Origin: a virus
Direction: 5' to 3' (one strand)
IMG/VR virus record: IMGVR_UViG_3300042894_002308
Span: 71,769 to 135,768 of that record
Length of the DNA: 64,000 nucleotides
Below the pieces are notes generated by a model, which had not been told where the DNA came from, searched no databases, and saw nothing but the letters and a program-made list of their open reading frames with translations. The translations under genes were made by a program, and so were the position numbers. This document shows, in pieces, positions 1 to 11,415 of the stretch (position 1 is the stretch's first letter; every line of letters starts with the position of its first letter).

Positions 1-786
1 TGTGAGATTTGTTCCGAGACCAGAGAAGCCAACCGTAGAGGATACAAGTCCTGTGAATTCAGCACCACCTAATGTTACACCTGTTACTGCACCTGTTAGT
101 CCGTTGAAAGTAATAACATAAGGACCACTTATACCATCGGCACCAGTATTACCAGGGGCACCAGTAGCACCAGTATTTCCTGCTGATCCAGTAGGACCTT
201 GTATACCAGGATCACCTTTATCACCCTTTTGTCCAACAGCACCATTAAGATTTACATTCCAGTCATTAAAATATCCTGTACCTGTAACAGAATTAACGGT
301 AAGAGATAAGTTTATACCAGTATAACCATTAACTGTTGCAATAAAATATTGAGATAAACCGGCTGCAACTAAAACAGTTTGAACTTTAGTATAGGCTAAT
401 CCAGTTGGTATGGTTAACGTGACACCAGAACCAGAACAAATACCTGATAGGGTTATACCTACTTTGCTTGTGGTACTATAAATATCCCCAGCCAGACCAG
501 TAGCACCAGTATTTCCAGTAGCACCATTGGCACCAGTAGCACCCGTATTTCCTTGAGGACCAGTAGCACCCGTATTTCCTTGAGCACCCTGTGCTCCGGG
601 ATCACCTTGTTCACCGGGATTACCTTTTGCACCAATATTACCTTGAACTCCCTGAGGACCTGTAGGTCCTGGAGGTCCTGTAGGACCCATTAAAGTACTA
701 CCAGGTCCAACGGGTCCTTGTGGTCCGGTGGTTCCAGGAACTCCATAAGGAGTTCCGTAAACTATTACATTAATGATGTCTTCCAT
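1..786 (-). CDS. Collagen-repeat tail fibre protein (3' end runs off the window)
   Basis: Own translation from ATG at 786: MEDIINVIVYGTPYGVPGTTGPQGP..., G-X-Y repeats, shares a module (GSGVTLTIPTGLAYTKVQ...QYF) with the 1408-aa fibre; TATAAATA late promoter just upstream. Confidence 0.8.
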   Translation of the reverse strand, partial: MEDIINVIVYGTPYGVPGTTGPQGPVGPGSTLMGPTGPPGPTGPQGVQGNIGAKGNPGEQGDPGAQGAQGNTGATGPQGNTGATGANGATGNTGATGLAGDIYSTTSKVGITLSGICSGSGVTLTIPTGLAYTKVQTVLVAAGLSQYFIATVNGYTGINLSLTVNSVTGTGYFNDWNVNLNGAVGQKGDKGDPGIQGPTGSAGNTGATGAPGNTGADGISGPYVITFNGLTGAVTGVTLGGAEFTGLVSSTVGFSGLGTNLT

Positions 787-824
787 GTGGTAATATATTT
801 ATATCAAGTGCATGTTATTTAATT

Positions 825-3800
825 TTATACTGAAGCATAATTTTGTCCACCGATAAAGCCTAGAAAAGAAACTCCATTATCTACCGTTACAAAGGAGAAT
901 ACATCAACTTTTTGTACTCCAGCAGATCCTGAAGTTAATGTTGGAGCCACTCCACCAGCCCATCGTACTTTGGATCCCCATGTAACTGTAGATGTTGGAG
1001 TATTCATCTGCAATATTAAAGTAAACCCAATAGTACGATTAGCCACTTCTGTTGGAACATTTGTTACTACAAAATTTGTAATACTAGAAGTTAATGCCAC
1101 AGTAAAGACTTGAGCTTTGGAAAGATCTAAAGTAAGTGTACCACTATCAATCGATACTGCTGCATATGGTTCATTATACCACTGCAATGTTGGTTGGTAA
1201 ATTGTATTTTTATTAAAATCTGCTGTCAAACCACCAAAACTAGCAGGACCGGTTGGTATAACCGTAAAGCTTTTGGTAAAATTCTGAACTTCAGTAAAAT
1301 TCTGAACAACATTTAATTTAGCAACATTTGTAATTGCACCAGTATCAGTATTGATACTCAATACACCGCTATTTGTAAATGTGAGAGTATTTCCTGTGCT
1401 AGTAATTGATAATCCAGCAGAACCAGTAAACCCAACATTACCTGTTATACCTGTAACAGTATTAACAATATTAATACCAGATATGCCACCAGATCCTACA
1501 GTTATTTTTGTTGCAGTAAGATTGGCAGTAGTTAAATTGGCAGCACATACTCCAATAGTACCAAATTGGTTTAATTCTCCAGTAATACCATGAAAGCCAT
1601 CATTAACTCTTCTATTGTTTACAGAAACTAAATCCAATTCATATCTTTGATAATCACTTTGTGATAATCTATTAATTAATGGAACATAATAAGAAGATCC
1701 ATGAGAATTATTACTAAGGAATAATTTATTATAAGCAGTACCAGAACCATATGCATGACTACTTAATAACGATCCACCAGTACATCCAGTACTTCCACCC
1801 TCAGTCCCATTTGTTATACCTGTATAAGGTGATATCTTGGCAACATAATTATTTGTTATTGTTGTATAAACAGCAGTCTGTGATGGAGTAGAACTAACAG
1901 CACCATCGGTATTTGATGATCTTGTACCAATTTGTGCTAATCTTTGAGATTCACCTTTTCCTATAATTGAATTTCCGTCTGCAGTTATAAAGAGTGGTTG
2001 AGTTGCTGATGCACCTGCAAGTCCGGAAGATTGAGTGCCATCATTCTCGGCTACAGATATAACACCTCCTCTATATACTCCAATATTTGCAGGAACATTA
2101 TTAATAATAATATTATCTCTAACTGTATAGTATTTTGGTCTACCCATACTAATATCAGTATAGAATGCTATTGCACTAGAGCTGTCATAAGGAACATTTC
2201 TTGTAGCTGCTATTGGCAAACCATCATCTGTAAATGGACTTTTTCCATCAGTAGTAACATCAAAGTGGAATGTATTATTGCTAACATTTCCAACAGCAAT
2301 TTGAGGATTTATATGGGGTGAACCTCTAGCAATAGATCTAACATTGCAATAAATTTGATTGCCAGTTATTGTAGATTCATCTCCTTGAATTTTTATTGAA
2401 CGACCTTGGCAATTTGTAAATTTATTATTTGCTACAATACTACTTGCTGGAATAGTATTTGCACCATAAGTTCGTCCACCAAATAATACTACTCCATCTG
2501 CATCAGAGTTTCTATCAACATTTCCACCAGAAGTTCCTGTTAAAATATTTTCAAATACATTATTTGTTACATTAACCCATTCTGCGTATGTGATTTCTAA
2601 ACCTCGGTTTGTCACAACAAAGGCTTGACAACCACCACCAGTTATTCCAAGTGAAGATCTTAGTATATTTTTAAATAATGAATTTGTTACTGTAACACTT
2701 TTAAATCCACCCTCAATATAACATCCAAGACTTGCAGTTAAGGTAGAATCAGGTGCAAAAGTATTAAGAAACTGACAATTATTAATAAAAATTCGTGCGG
2801 TTGATTGAGAAGCAGAATAAGATTGAAAAATTCTAGAATTTGTATTATTTGCATCAAAAATTATATTTTCTAGATGAATATAATTGGTATCTCCATTTAA
2901 TGTCAACATCCCAGCACCAGTAGCACCACCATATTTTATAGTGGCATTATCTCCTAAAAGTTTAATATCTTTACTAACAGGTTCAAAACCAAGTGCTGCA
3001 TTTATTTTATATGTTCCATATGGAAAATATATTGTTCCAGAAGAAATACCGGTAAATCCAAAGATAGCACCTAATGCTGTTTGAATAGCAGCTCTATCGT
3101 CTGTAACACCGTCACCAATTGCACCAAAGTCCTTAACAGAAAATACATCTTTCAATTTACTATCTATTGTACGAGCTACTGCGCCACTACCAGATTGTGT
3201 AAAGCAAAGACCAGATAGAGTTACATTACCAGTGGCTCCTGTATTACCAGTGGTACCAGGAGAACCAGTAGAACCTTGCAATCCTTGAGGACCAGCTTGC
3301 CCAATTGCTCCTGCAAGATTGATATCCCAATTACTAAAATTTCCTGCACCAGAAACACCAGTAACTGTTAAACTTAATGTAACACCAGAATAGTTTACCA
3401 TGGTGGCATTAAAATATTGAGTAACTGTAGCTGCTATTAATAAACTTTGAACTTTACTATAAGCTAAACCAGAAGGAACTGTTAACGTTACTCCACTTCC
3501 AGCCGTTAAGGATCCTAATGTAATTGAGGTAATAGAAGTTGTTCTATATACATCTCCAGTATTTCCTGTAGGTCCTTGTAATCCAGTTGCACCTGTATTT
3601 CCTTGTGGTCCTGTAGCACCGGTATTTCCTTGAGGACCAGGAGCCGTTGAACCTGCACCCGTAGCACCAGTATTTCCTTGTGGTCCAGTAGCACCGGTAT
3701 TTCCTTGTGATCCAGTAGGACCAGGAGCAGTAGAACCTGCACCAGTAGCACCAGTATTACCTTGTTGTCCAGTAGCACCAGTATTACCTTGAGGACCAGC

Positions 3801-5051
3801 AGGACCTGTAGGACCAGTTGAACCAACTCCACCAATAGAAGATATTGTAATATTTTTACCAGATAAAGTTATACCAACATTGGAACCGGCAACTAAAGTA
3901 AGATCACCAGTAAGACCATTAAGTGATGATACCCCACTAGTAATACCACCCGTAGAAGTAATAATTACACTATTTCCACTAATACCTAGTGTGACATTTT
4001 CACCGCCAATAAAATCTATAGATCCAGTAATACCATTGATACTACGTACAACAGTTCCTTGATAACTTCCACTAATACCAATATTACCATTAATATATAC
4101 TAAACCACCACTTGGTGTTAGAATCATATTTCCAGCTGATGAAAGATCTAACGTAGCATTTGTAAGAGCACCATCAGTAACATCGTTGTAAATAAGCTTT
4201 AGAATTTTTCCATCACTTTTATTAACTTCTATCGCATGGGTTCTAGCTAAAACACTATTTCTATTAATCACAAGATTGGTATCAGGAGAAAGTGGATTTT
4301 GGTTTCGGATCTTAACCATATTAGAACTAGTTGATCCCAATACTTCTAAAACCGTTCCATAATTATTAGATTCTACATCACCCAATTGAACAAGACTACG
4401 ATCTTGAAAGAATATTCCATCTTGTGCTCTAAAGTAAAAGAAACTAGTTGCAGACAACTCCGCTCCGCTTAGTTCTACTTCAAAACTTCCACTACCTACT
4501 AATACTGAATTAAGAGATAATTGTGATGGGTTAGGAGTATATCTAAGAGGAGAGAGTCCTCCATCAATTTTTAATGCTTGGTTACCACATCCACCAGCAA
4601 ATACAAGATATTGTACATCTTCAGTATTGGTTGTAGTGAGAGCCATCTGTGTAGCAATACCATCATCTGCAGGAATAGTATCGTAAATAATTGTACCAAC
4701 ATTAGACGTATTACCATTAACAGCCGTACCGCTAACTTGAATAAATGTTATTTGATTACCAGAATATGCCGTAACTGTTCCGTAAATATAATTTCCAATA
4801 TCTGAAAAACTTACTTTTATTGTATGCCCAACAGATATTGCATTAGCATTTGCTGCTAGATTAACAGTTACTGTACTGCTAGTACCATAATTTACGGTAA
4901 TAGAACCTGTAAAATTTAATAAAAAGAAACCTTGACCTGTATTACCTTGTGGACCAGCAGGTCCAGTTGATCCGGGTACTCCAGGAGCACCTTCAACAGC
5001 ATACGGTGTTGGATATATAGTTACTTGAACTGTTTTGCTTGGATTTGCCAT
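825..5051 (-). CDS. Tail fibre/tailspike with collagen repeats and pectate-lyase-like beta-helix
   Basis: GPQGNTGAT repeats; [15 protein letters not shown]...IYFPYGTY beta-helix entry motif; C-terminal LDLSKAQVF...W..G.APTLT fibre domain. Confidence 0.85.
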   Translation of the reverse strand: MANPSKTVQVTIYPTPYAVEGAPGVPGSTGPAGPQGNTGQGFFLLNFTGSITVNYGTSSTVTVNLAANANAISVGHTIKVSFSDIGNYIYGTVTAYSGNQITFIQVSGTAVNGNTSNVGTIIYDTIPADDGIATQMALTTTNTEDVQYLVFAGGCGNQALKIDGGLSPLRYTPNPSQLSLNSVLVGSGSFEVELSGAELSATSFFYFRAQDGIFFQDRSLVQLGDVESNNYGTVLEVLGSTSSNMVKIRNQNPLSPDTNLVINRNSVLARTHAIEVNKSDGKILKLIYNDVTDGALTNATLDLSSAGNMILTPSGGLVYINGNIGISGSYQGTVVRSINGITGSIDFIGGENVTLGISGNSVIITSTGGITSGVSSLNGLTGDLTLVAGSNVGITLSGKNITISSIGGVGSTGPTGPAGPQGNTGATGQQGNTGATGAGSTAPGPTGSQGNTGATGPQGNTGATGAGSTAPGPQGNTGATGPQGNTGATGLQGPTGNTGDVYRTTSITSITLGSLTAGSGVTLTVPSGLAYSKVQSLLIAATVTQYFNATMVNYSGVTLSLTVTGVSGAGNFSNWDINLAGAIGQAGPQGLQGSTGSPGTTGNTGATGNVTLSGLCFTQSGSGAVARTIDSKLKDVFSVKDFGAIGDGVTDDRAAIQTALGAIFGFTGISSGTIYFPYGTYKINAALGFEPVSKDIKLLGDNATIKYGGATGAGMLTLNGDTNYIHLENIIFDANNTNSRIFQSYSASQSTARIFINNCQFLNTFAPDSTLTASLGCYIEGGFKSVTVTNSLFKNILRSSLGITGGGCQAFVVTNRGLEITYAEWVNVTNNVFENILTGTSGGNVDRNSDADGVVLFGGRTYGANTIPASSIVANNKFTNCQGRSIKIQGDESTITGNQIYCNVRSIARGSPHINPQIAVGNVSNNTFHFDVTTDGKSPFTDDGLPIAATRNVPYDSSSAIAFYTDISMGRPKYYTVRDNIIINNVPANIGVYRGGVISVAENDGTQSSGLAGASATQPLFITADGNSIIGKGESQRLAQIGTRSSNTDGAVSSTPSQTAVYTTITNNYVAKISPYTGITNGTEGGSTGCTGGSLLSSHAYGSGTAYNKLFLSNNSHGSSYYVPLINRLSQSDYQRYELDLVSVNNRRVNDGFHGITGELNQFGTIGVCAANLTTANLTATKITVGSGGISGINIVNTVTGITGNVGFTGSAGLSITSTGNTLTFTNSGVLSINTDTGAITNVAKLNVVQNFTEVQNFTKSFTVIPTGPASFGGLTADFNKNTIYQPTLQWYNEPYAAVSIDSGTLTLDLSKAQVFTVALTSSITNFVVTNVPTEVANRTIGFTLILQMNTPTSTVTWGSKVRWAGGVAPTLTSGSAGVQKVDVFSFVTVDNGVSFLGFIGGQNYASV
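3555..3815 (-). repeat. Imperfect 27-bp tandem repeats encoding collagen-like GPQGNTGAT
   Basis: Repeated gtagcaccNgtatttccttgNggNcc units; same unit at ~535-590. Confidence 0.8.
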
Positions 5052-5052
5052 A

Positions 5053-5451
5053 TTAGGAATTTGCAGTTACATCAGGAAGAGTTTCAATTTTTCCTCGTAA
5101 TAGAGTTATTATACCACCATTATTTGGATATTGAAGTTGCATATCATAGAAGGAGGGAGTATATTCTGAAAAACTTTTAGTATATTGCGATCCAATAGTA
5201 ATATAAACCAATCCACCTGTAGCACTTGCTGCTAGCCCACCAGTTACCCCATCAACTGGAATAACTGAAGATCCAACAGGAACTCCAAGTACATATGACA
5301 CTAATAGACCACTTGGGTGATAACTTTTTCTAACTTGCATCGATAAGGTAGCTCCACCCAAATTAAAGGTGTTTCCTGCTGCATTCGCAAGATTCATTAC
5401 CCAAGTTAAAGTATCACCTTTTACAACAACTGGATTAAAGTTATCTGACAT
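5053..5451 (-). CDS. Small virion protein, BppU-like fibre adaptor fold (putative)
   Basis: GDT...[13 protein letters not shown]...YDMQL...LLRGKI pattern; directly upstream of fibre gene; late promoter and SD. Confidence 0.5.
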   Translation of the reverse strand: MSDNFNPVVVKGDTLTWVMNLANAAGNTFNLGGATLSMQVRKSYHPSGLLVSYVLGVPVGSSVIPVDGVTGGLAASATGGLVYITIGSQYTKSFSEYTPSFYDMQLQYPNNGGIITLLRGKIETLPDVTANS

Positions 5452-5529
5452 TAATAGGATTCTCCAAAGAATAATAGCCCTATTAAAGGCTATTATAGAT
5501 TCTCCTATATTTAGAAGCTTTGAAGATTA

Positions 5530-6753
5530 TCAGAGTTTAACGGTAGCTGCTGTAGGATTCATTACAAGTGTGGTTTTATTAGTTGCTTTAGCAACTTTTT
5601 CTGCCCACTCTTTGCTTTGATTTGCAAGAGCTTCTTGCATTTTTTGCATACCTTGCCCATAAATTTTATAATTATTGGCAATTCTTTCTCTATGTTCCTG
5701 TGGTAGGTGTGGTTCCTTTAGCAATTTTTCACAAGTTGCAATACCAATTTCTGGTCTTCCAGTGTAATATGCAGTTGTGGCAATTTCATCAAAAATTCCC
5801 CATGCATAATTTGCCTTATCAACAAACAAAATATCATTTTCTGGAATAGGAATGCTGAGACCCAATGAAGCCACCAAGAATGCATTTCTTGGTCTATTAT
5901 ACTTGCGGTAGATACAAGAAAGGTGGTATAGTGGTTCTACTCTATTAGGAGCAGTCTCAAATGCCATCATAAAGGCATCTGCGATTTCATGAACAGGCTT
6001 ACCTTGAAATTCACGACACATACCTACTCGCATCCAAGAAAAGAATACTTCTTCGTGCCAAGATTCTAGTTTGATTCGTGCCATGTATTCAACTTCTGCA
6101 ACATCATACATTCGTGCATCAAATGCTGATTGAGCAGCATAAAATTGTTTACGAGGTTGATTTGGATCTTTTTCAAGGTATGACTTAAGAATATGATAAT
6201 CTTTAGTATACTTTTCGATGTCATTGGCAACGGCTCGTGAACGACAACCTTCAGTACGAACTTCCCATCCGTAATTACCTTCAAGCTTTTTGACATTCAT
6301 GGGCTGTTCGCACATTGCATATTCATGCAATGGTTCTTCGTACCACCACTTCTTTTTGGCAACATTGAAAACCTGTGCACGAAGCCACTGAAACTCGCCT
6401 CGTTTGATCTGCACAACATAACCATCCAATTCATCATCAAAAGATGCTACTGGTAATTCTCCAACAAGAAAATCATCAGCATCAATCATCATAACCCACT
6501 TGGTTTTTCCCATGCACGCTTCTAATGCTTTTGATCGATTAGTTCCGAAATCAGACCATTCGTGATCTAAAATTTCACCAGGAATTCCCTTTTCATCAAA
6601 GAACTTTTTAATTATTTCTTTTGTGTTATCTGTTGAACCTGTATCACAAATAACATAATAATTAATAAATGGTGCGCATGAAGCCAAACATCTTTCGATA
6701 TTTGGTGCTTCGTCCTTAACAATCATAGATAGTGTCAAATTATACATAGTCAT
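5530..6753 (-). CDS. GT2 glycosyltransferase with C-terminal TPRs (SunS-like architecture)
   Basis: LSMIVKDE, DTGSTDNT, DFGTNRS, DADD, LHE motifs; helical TPR-like C-terminus. Confidence 0.85.
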   Translation of the reverse strand: MTMYNLTLSMIVKDEAPNIERCLASCAPFINYYVICDTGSTDNTKEIIKKFFDEKGIPGEILDHEWSDFGTNRSKALEACMGKTKWVMMIDADDFLVGELPVASFDDELDGYVVQIKRGEFQWLRAQVFNVAKKKWWYEEPLHEYAMCEQPMNVKKLEGNYGWEVRTEGCRSRAVANDIEKYTKDYHILKSYLEKDPNQPRKQFYAAQSAFDARMYDVAEVEYMARIKLESWHEEVFFSWMRVGMCREFQGKPVHEIADAFMMAFETAPNRVEPLYHLSCIYRKYNRPRNAFLVASLGLSIPIPENDILFVDKANYAWGIFDEIATTAYYTGRPEIGIATCEKLLKEPHLPQEHRERIANNYKIYGQGMQKMQEALANQSKEWAEKVAKATNKTTLVMNPTAATVKL

Positions 6754-6755
6754 CC

Positions 6756-7181
6756 TTATGAATTAAAAAATTTACGTAACGATCCGGTATTAAATTTAGG
6801 AACTAATTCCCAATTTTGTTTTTCTGTATGTTTTATTACTTTTAAACCATTGATTGGCATACTGTCTTTCACTTTATCTTTATCAATAATTTCTAGTAGT
6901 TCCCATTCTTCTAGTAATTTTACTATCGCATTTCTTCTTTTCAAATCTTCTTCAGATACATTTGAAGGAAGACCATCTAATGCAAACAATTCTTTAAAGT
7001 GGGCAATTATATAAACTTCATCTTTATGAATTAAATGGCATGATTGATAAAGAACATTTTTTCCTTTTGGTGATACACCAATACGAGAAAGAGTTTCACG
7101 TATAACCATGAAATCTTCTTCATCTAAAAGATTAATATGAATGCCAATATTTTTAAATGTTTTATCAGATAGATCAGACAT
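6756..7181 (-). CDS. regA: Translational repressor RegA
   Basis: ETLSRIGV, LYQSCHLIHK, HFKELFALDG, RRNAIVKLLEEW. Confidence 0.95.
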   Translation of the reverse strand: MSDLSDKTFKNIGIHINLLDEEDFMVIRETLSRIGVSPKGKNVLYQSCHLIHKDEVYIIAHFKELFALDGLPSNVSEEDLKRRNAIVKLLEEWELLEIIDKDKVKDSMPINGLKVIKHTEKQNWELVPKFNTGSLRKFFNS

Positions 7182-7198
7182 AACAAATCCTTACTAAA

Positions 7199-7579
7199 TT
7201 ACCTCACACCACCAGTATCAAGGGCTTTGCGTATTTCTTGCAAATCCTCAGTACTCAGTATATTTAGTACTTCCCTAGCCTTGGATTCTGTGTAACCATA
7301 TGCCTGCTTTATTAGAGTTACATTCTCTTCGGTATCTTTACGCAACCAAGGAGAAAACCGCTTCTTTTTACGCACAGCAAGTCTATAAAAATCAAATTGA
7401 CTCTTGTTGTCTAACCAAGGAGAACAATTCATCTCGTTAGCATGAAATAAGGTATCTGCAAAATAAGACAAACACCGATTGACTACAAACGGTGTATATG
7501 CCTTGACTGCACCCTCATCTGTATCAAGTAGAGGCTTCTTGTCATGGTTTATGCTAGATAGAAAGTCTTTTAGTTGCAT
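7199..7579 (-). CDS. gp62: Clamp loader small subunit
   Basis: YTPFVVNRCLS, ANEMN, KKRFSPW; synteny 45-44-62-regA. Confidence 0.93.
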   Translation of the reverse strand: MQLKDFLSSINHDKKPLLDTDEGAVKAYTPFVVNRCLSYFADTLFHANEMNCSPWLDNKSQFDFYRLAVRKKKRFSPWLRKDTEENVTLIKQAYGYTESKAREVLNILSTEDLQEIRKALDTGGVR

Positions 7580-8523
7580 CAGTTAAACTCGCAGTCCATC
7601 ATAAGTTGAACAATCAATGCCATTGTATTAATTTCTTGGTCTGCTGCAAATGCAGACTTATATTGATACTCAGCAATAATAAGAATAGCCTGTGGTATAG
7701 AAGGGTTTTTAAGAGATGTATATAGTTCCGTATATAGACGCTTATAAAAATCCGATGTATTCAGATCTAGATTCTGTACCACCCACTTACGGCATGATAC
7801 AAAATCCTTATTCTTCATAAATCCTAGAAGTTCCTTGTAGGACTCACTGCTACCCTGACCAAGAACTCCGATATCAATACTACCTGCCGATGCATATCTC
7901 TGTAGTTCATTGATAATACGGCGAAGATCAGGAAAATGCTTCTTGACAAGATTGACAATTACTGTCTTTTCATATGGAATCTTCTCTTGTGCAAGAATAT
8001 ATTCCACACGCTTCATCATTGCAGATGCAACAGTAGCCTTCTCAGCAGTGGGAACTGTAAAATCAATACCGGTGCAACGAGAGTGCAATGGCTCAATGAT
8101 ACGATTCTTGTAGTTGCAAGTCATGATGAATCTGCAGTTTTTTGCAAATTCTTCAATGGCTCCACGAAGAGCAGGTTGAATTGATTGTGCATTTGCATAA
8201 TCAAACTCATCTAAAATTACAACCTTGAGATTTCCACTTAGGGAAACCGTTGAGGCATAATTACGAATCTTCGTGCGTAGTGTATCAATACCGTTCTCTT
8301 CAGAACAGTTAATAATAATACTTTCGGCACCGATGTCATTGGCAAGAGCACGGGCTACGGTTGTCTTTCCCGTACCCGCCTTGCCGTAGAGCATCATATT
8401 AGGAATTGTACCTTCCTTGATCATACCATTAAAAATAGTGGTAAGATCAATAGGAAGAATACAATCAGATAATGACTTGGGTCGATATTTTTCAACCCAG
8501 AGCAAACTATTAATATCAGACAC
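7579..8523 (-). CDS. gp44: Clamp loader AAA+ subunit
   Basis: WVEKYRP, GKAGTGKTT, ILDEFD, PLHSRC. Confidence 0.97.
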   Translation of the reverse strand: MSDINSLLWVEKYRPKSLSDCILPIDLTTIFNGMIKEGTIPNMMLYGKAGTGKTTVARALANDIGAESIIINCSEENGIDTLRTKIRNYASTVSLSGNLKVVILDEFDYANAQSIQPALRGAIEEFAKNCRFIMTCNYKNRIIEPLHSRCTGIDFTVPTAEKATVASAMMKRVEYILAQEKIPYEKTVIVNLVKKHFPDLRRIINELQRYASAGSIDIGVLGQGSSESYKELLGFMKNKDFVSCRKWVVQNLDLNTSDFYKRLYTELYTSLKNPSIPQAILIIAEYQYKSAFAADQEINTMALIVQLMMDCEFN

Positions 8524-8525
8524 AA

Positions 8526-9197
8526 TTAACCCCGCTTGATAGCGATGTAGTAAGCAAGTTCCAGACTCTTATGAGTAAACTTAGAGATAATAGTATCACT
8601 TAATTCCACAGTGTATGAACCGGGAATAAACTTAATCTCAGATACATTCAAAGTACCTTCAAAATCTTTTCCAGTATAATTTTCATCAAGAATGATTTCA
8701 AAACTATTGGTTGTACTTTGGCTAGAATCGTCAACCATAATACGAAATGAACCATCTTTACCCATCATACGAAGATCACTTACCTGTAGAATACTTGCTG
8801 CCTTCAAAATTTCATTTAGATCCTTTTCATCAAGATCAAACTTGATGGTGGTCTTTGGCATCTTCAGTTCTCTAGTAGGAACCGTTAGGAGGCTTGGTTC
8901 TGAGTAATAGTATGTAACACTTGACCTACCATTAGAAATCACTACATGGGTATCGTAGAACTCTAAATCGGGGTTTGAGAACATGCTTACAATACCCAAA
9001 AACTTGTTCAAATCCCAAATAGGAACATCAACATCAAAGTCTTCTGATATAGTAGCCTCAACGTAAATATTCTTACCAGGAGAGATAGTCTTTAGGACGT
9101 TTCCTGGTGAAATAAGAATATTTGAATTGATTGATGCAAAATTCTTGAGAATGTTATAGGTGTCTTTTGATAGACGCATTTTTGTCACAGTTTCCAT
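8526..9197 (-). CDS. gp45: Sliding clamp
   Basis: LKNFASINSNI, IWDLNKFL, YYIA C-terminus; synteny. Confidence 0.95.
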   Translation of the reverse strand: METVTKMRLSKDTYNILKNFASINSNILISPGNVLKTISPGKNIYVEATISEDFDVDVPIWDLNKFLGIVSMFSNPDLEFYDTHVVISNGRSSVTYYYSEPSLLTVPTRELKMPKTTIKFDLDEKDLNEILKAASILQVSDLRMMGKDGSFRIMVDDSSQSTTNSFEIILDENYTGKDFEGTLNVSEIKFIPGSYTVELSDTIISKFTHKSLELAYYIAIKRG

Positions 9198-9216
9198 ATA
9201 TAAATCTTTCTAAAAA

Positions 9217-9369
9217 TTAATCACGTTCTTTACGATAAACGATATCGTTAAGTTGCTGCTTCTGTTCGTGGCGATCACCACGCTTACTTCTCTTCTGTTG
9301 CTTCTTGCCTAAACCTGATGGCTTATTCTTGCCTCGGTTACTAAACTTCTGAAAACTTTCCTCGTTCAT
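9217..9369 (-). CDS. Small basic hypothetical protein (50 aa)
   Basis: Own translation MNEESFQKFSNRGKNKPSGLGKKQQKRSKRGDRHEQKQQLNDIVYRKERD; promoter -10 ends 6 nt before ATG. Confidence 0.65.
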   Translation of the reverse strand: MNEESFQKFSNRGKNKPSGLGKKQQKRSKRGDRHEQKQQLNDIVYRKERD

Positions 9370-9375
9370 AGCCCT

Positions 9376-9403
9376 AGTATATCTCCTGTATTGAAATAGT
9401 CAA
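9376..9403 (-). promoter_or_regulatory. Sigma70-like promoter TTGACT-N16-TATACT
   Basis: Near-consensus boxes, 6 nt before ATG 9369; likely drives the gp45 operon. Confidence 0.75.
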
Positions 9404-9684
9404 ATCTGAATCCATTGAAATCCTGTAGGATCTTTATACCAAATATATAATATACCTGTATCAGCCATCCACAATTGATTTTCTGATGGTTTTATAGGAG
9501 GAACAGAACTTTTAAAAGTTTCTGTTATTCCAGTGAGAGACCAACTATTTGGTTCTTGTAGTGGACTTGATATTGTTGTTGTTTTGCAAATGTATGCTCT
9601 TCCTTGATTTATAACAACATCACCTATATTGTAGGTCAGGGATGAGCCATTTGCAGATTTAAATTTAAACTCGCCTCTAAACAT
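9400..9684 (-). CDS. Small late protein with CBM5/12-like carbohydrate-binding motif
   Basis: YNIGDVV...GRAYIC...P.....W motif; TAAATA 6 nt before ATG. Confidence 0.5.
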   Translation of the reverse strand: MFRGEFKFKSANGSSLTYNIGDVVINQGRAYICKTTTISSPLQEPNSWSLTGITETFKSSVPPIKPSENQLWMADTGILYIWYKDPTGFQWIQI

Positions 9685-9693
9685 TTAAAATAT

Positions 9694-11415
9694 TTAGATA
9701 TTTGTCTTTATCTTTGAAAAGTTATTTTTCTTTTCAAATTGCATACTTTGATCAAATTTATCTACCAATTGATCTGCCTTGTGACTAATGATATAGATAG
9801 AGCATTTGTTGGTCATCTTATTTAAAATTTTCATAAAGGCTTCAGTACCAGCAGCATCAAGAGATGAGTCTAAAATCTCATCAAAGATTAATAGGTTGCA
9901 GTTAAGACTATTTTTCATTCGTGCAACTTCACGCCAAGTCAATAGAATTGCCAAGTCAATACGTTGTTTCTCTCCCTCAGAGAAAGAGGAATATGAGAAT
10001 GCATCTCGGTATCGTGACTTAATTGTTTCCTTGAACTCTTCATCGATGGTGAAGTCAACATAGAGATTAAGCTTTCCGAGGAACTTGTTAACGAGTCCAT
10101 TGATGATGGGAACATAGTGTGCAATAATGCGACTTTTAAGACCGCCATCTTTGAGTATATCATAGACAATATCATGATGTATTTGTTTTGTAATCAGTGC
10201 GTCCAATTGACTAGTAGCATTTTTTTTCTCTAGTTCTGCATCTTTAATTTTTTGTAATAGTGTAGTCTCACTCTCATTAACCAATTTTTTATTCTTTTCT
10301 TTTTTCATAAAACTAAGAGAAGATTGATTACTAATAATCTGATATGAGATATCATTATTATCGGACTGATGTTTTTGTTTGAGTGTCTTTAGTTCTTCTA
10401 TTTCAGTTTGAAGTTCTAAAAGTTCTGCATTTTTCTTTTTGGCAATAATAATTGCTTTACGGCAATCTTCCAACTTAGATTCTTTATCTTGAATATGTTT
10501 TTCTTTTTGAAACTTAGGTAGATTCTGACCACAACACTTACATAAGGCAGTTTCCTTAAGAGACATAATCTCTTCAACCAAAGTTGTTTCTAATACCTCT
10601 GCCTTGGTTAACATAGCAGGAACATCTTTTAGAGCACTCAGGCTTGTCAACTTCTTGGTAAGTTTAGCAGATACATCTTTCAGATTCTTTTCATGTTTTT
10701 CCTGAAGTATAGTATCATCTGAAATCTTAGTTGTATAATCTTGAATAGATGCTTCAATAGACTTAATCTCTTCTACCGCTGTAGTTTGTATTGTTTCTAA
10801 TACTTCTTTTTGAGACTTAATCTTTTCATGTACAATCTTTAACATACTTTCTTGTTCACCAAGAGACATTTTAAGACTTGATAGTTGTCCCTTAACATAC
10901 AGATTCATGTCAGCAAGAATATCAAGATTGAGAAGACCTTCAATGATCTTACGTCTTTCAGCAGGAGTTAATTGCATGAAAGGAACAAAGTTAGATTTAC
11001 CAAGAATAACTACCTGCTTGAATGCTGCGTAATCAAAACCAAGAATATTTTCTTCAAACATTTCTTGGTAGTCTTTAGTCTTTGCATTTTGGTCAAGCAT
11101 TTCTCCATCTTTATAAATCTCAAAAAGTTTGGGTGCAAGACCACGACGAACTAGAAAATGACAATTGGATTTCTTAAATTCAATTTCGACAACACAATGT
11201 TTAGCATTAACTGTATTAACTAGTTGTGGAATATTAATTGGTCTAAATGGTTTGCCAAACAAACCAAAGCACAGAGAGTCTAATAAAGCAAAAGACTTTC
11301 CGTTTCCATTAGTACCTGTGACTAAAGTGGTTTTATAATTGTCGAGTTTGATCTCAGAAAAATTATTACCAAAGGAACCAAAGTTTTTAAAACGAACTGT
11401 TAGAAAATCTATCAA
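9694..11415 (-). CDS. gp46: Recombination endonuclease ATPase subunit (Rad50/SbcC-like)
   Basis: GTNGNGKS, CKCC hook, FSEGEKQRIDLA, LIFDEILD. Confidence 0.97.
   Translation of the reverse strand: MIDFLTVRFKNFGSFGNNFSEIKLDNYKTTLVTGTNGNGKSFALLDSLCFGLFGKPFRPINIPQLVNTVNAKHCVVEIEFKKSNCHFLVRRGLAPKLFEIYKDGEMLDQNAKTKDYQEMFEENILGFDYAAFKQVVILGKSNFVPFMQLTPAERRKIIEGLLNLDILADMNLYVKGQLSSLKMSLGEQESMLKIVHEKIKSQKEVLETIQTTAVEEIKSIEASIQDYTTKISDDTILQEKHEKNLKDVSAKLTKKLTSLSALKDVPAMLTKAEVLETTLVEEIMSLKETALCKCCGQNLPKFQKEKHIQDKESKLEDCRKAIIIAKKKNAELLELQTEIEELKTLKQKHQSDNNDISYQIISNQSSLSFMKKEKNKKLVNESETTLLQKIKDAELEKKNATSQLDALITKQIHHDIVYDILKDGGLKSRIIAHYVPIINGLVNKFLGKLNLYVDFTIDEEFKETIKSRYRDAFSYSSFSEGEKQRIDLAILLTWREVARMKNSLNCNLLIFDEILDSSLDAAGTEAFMKILNKMTNKCSIYIISHKADQLVDKFDQSMQFEKKNNFSKIKTNI

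Noticed and set aside
3555-3815. Tandem repeats as a CRISPR array or DGR
   Set aside because: In-frame collagen coding repeats with no unique spacers, no cas or reverse transcriptase genes, no adenine-specific variation
1351-4805. Several + strand and alternate-frame ORFs inside the fibre gene
   Set aside because: Shadows of Gly/Thr-rich repetitive codons; no independent signals
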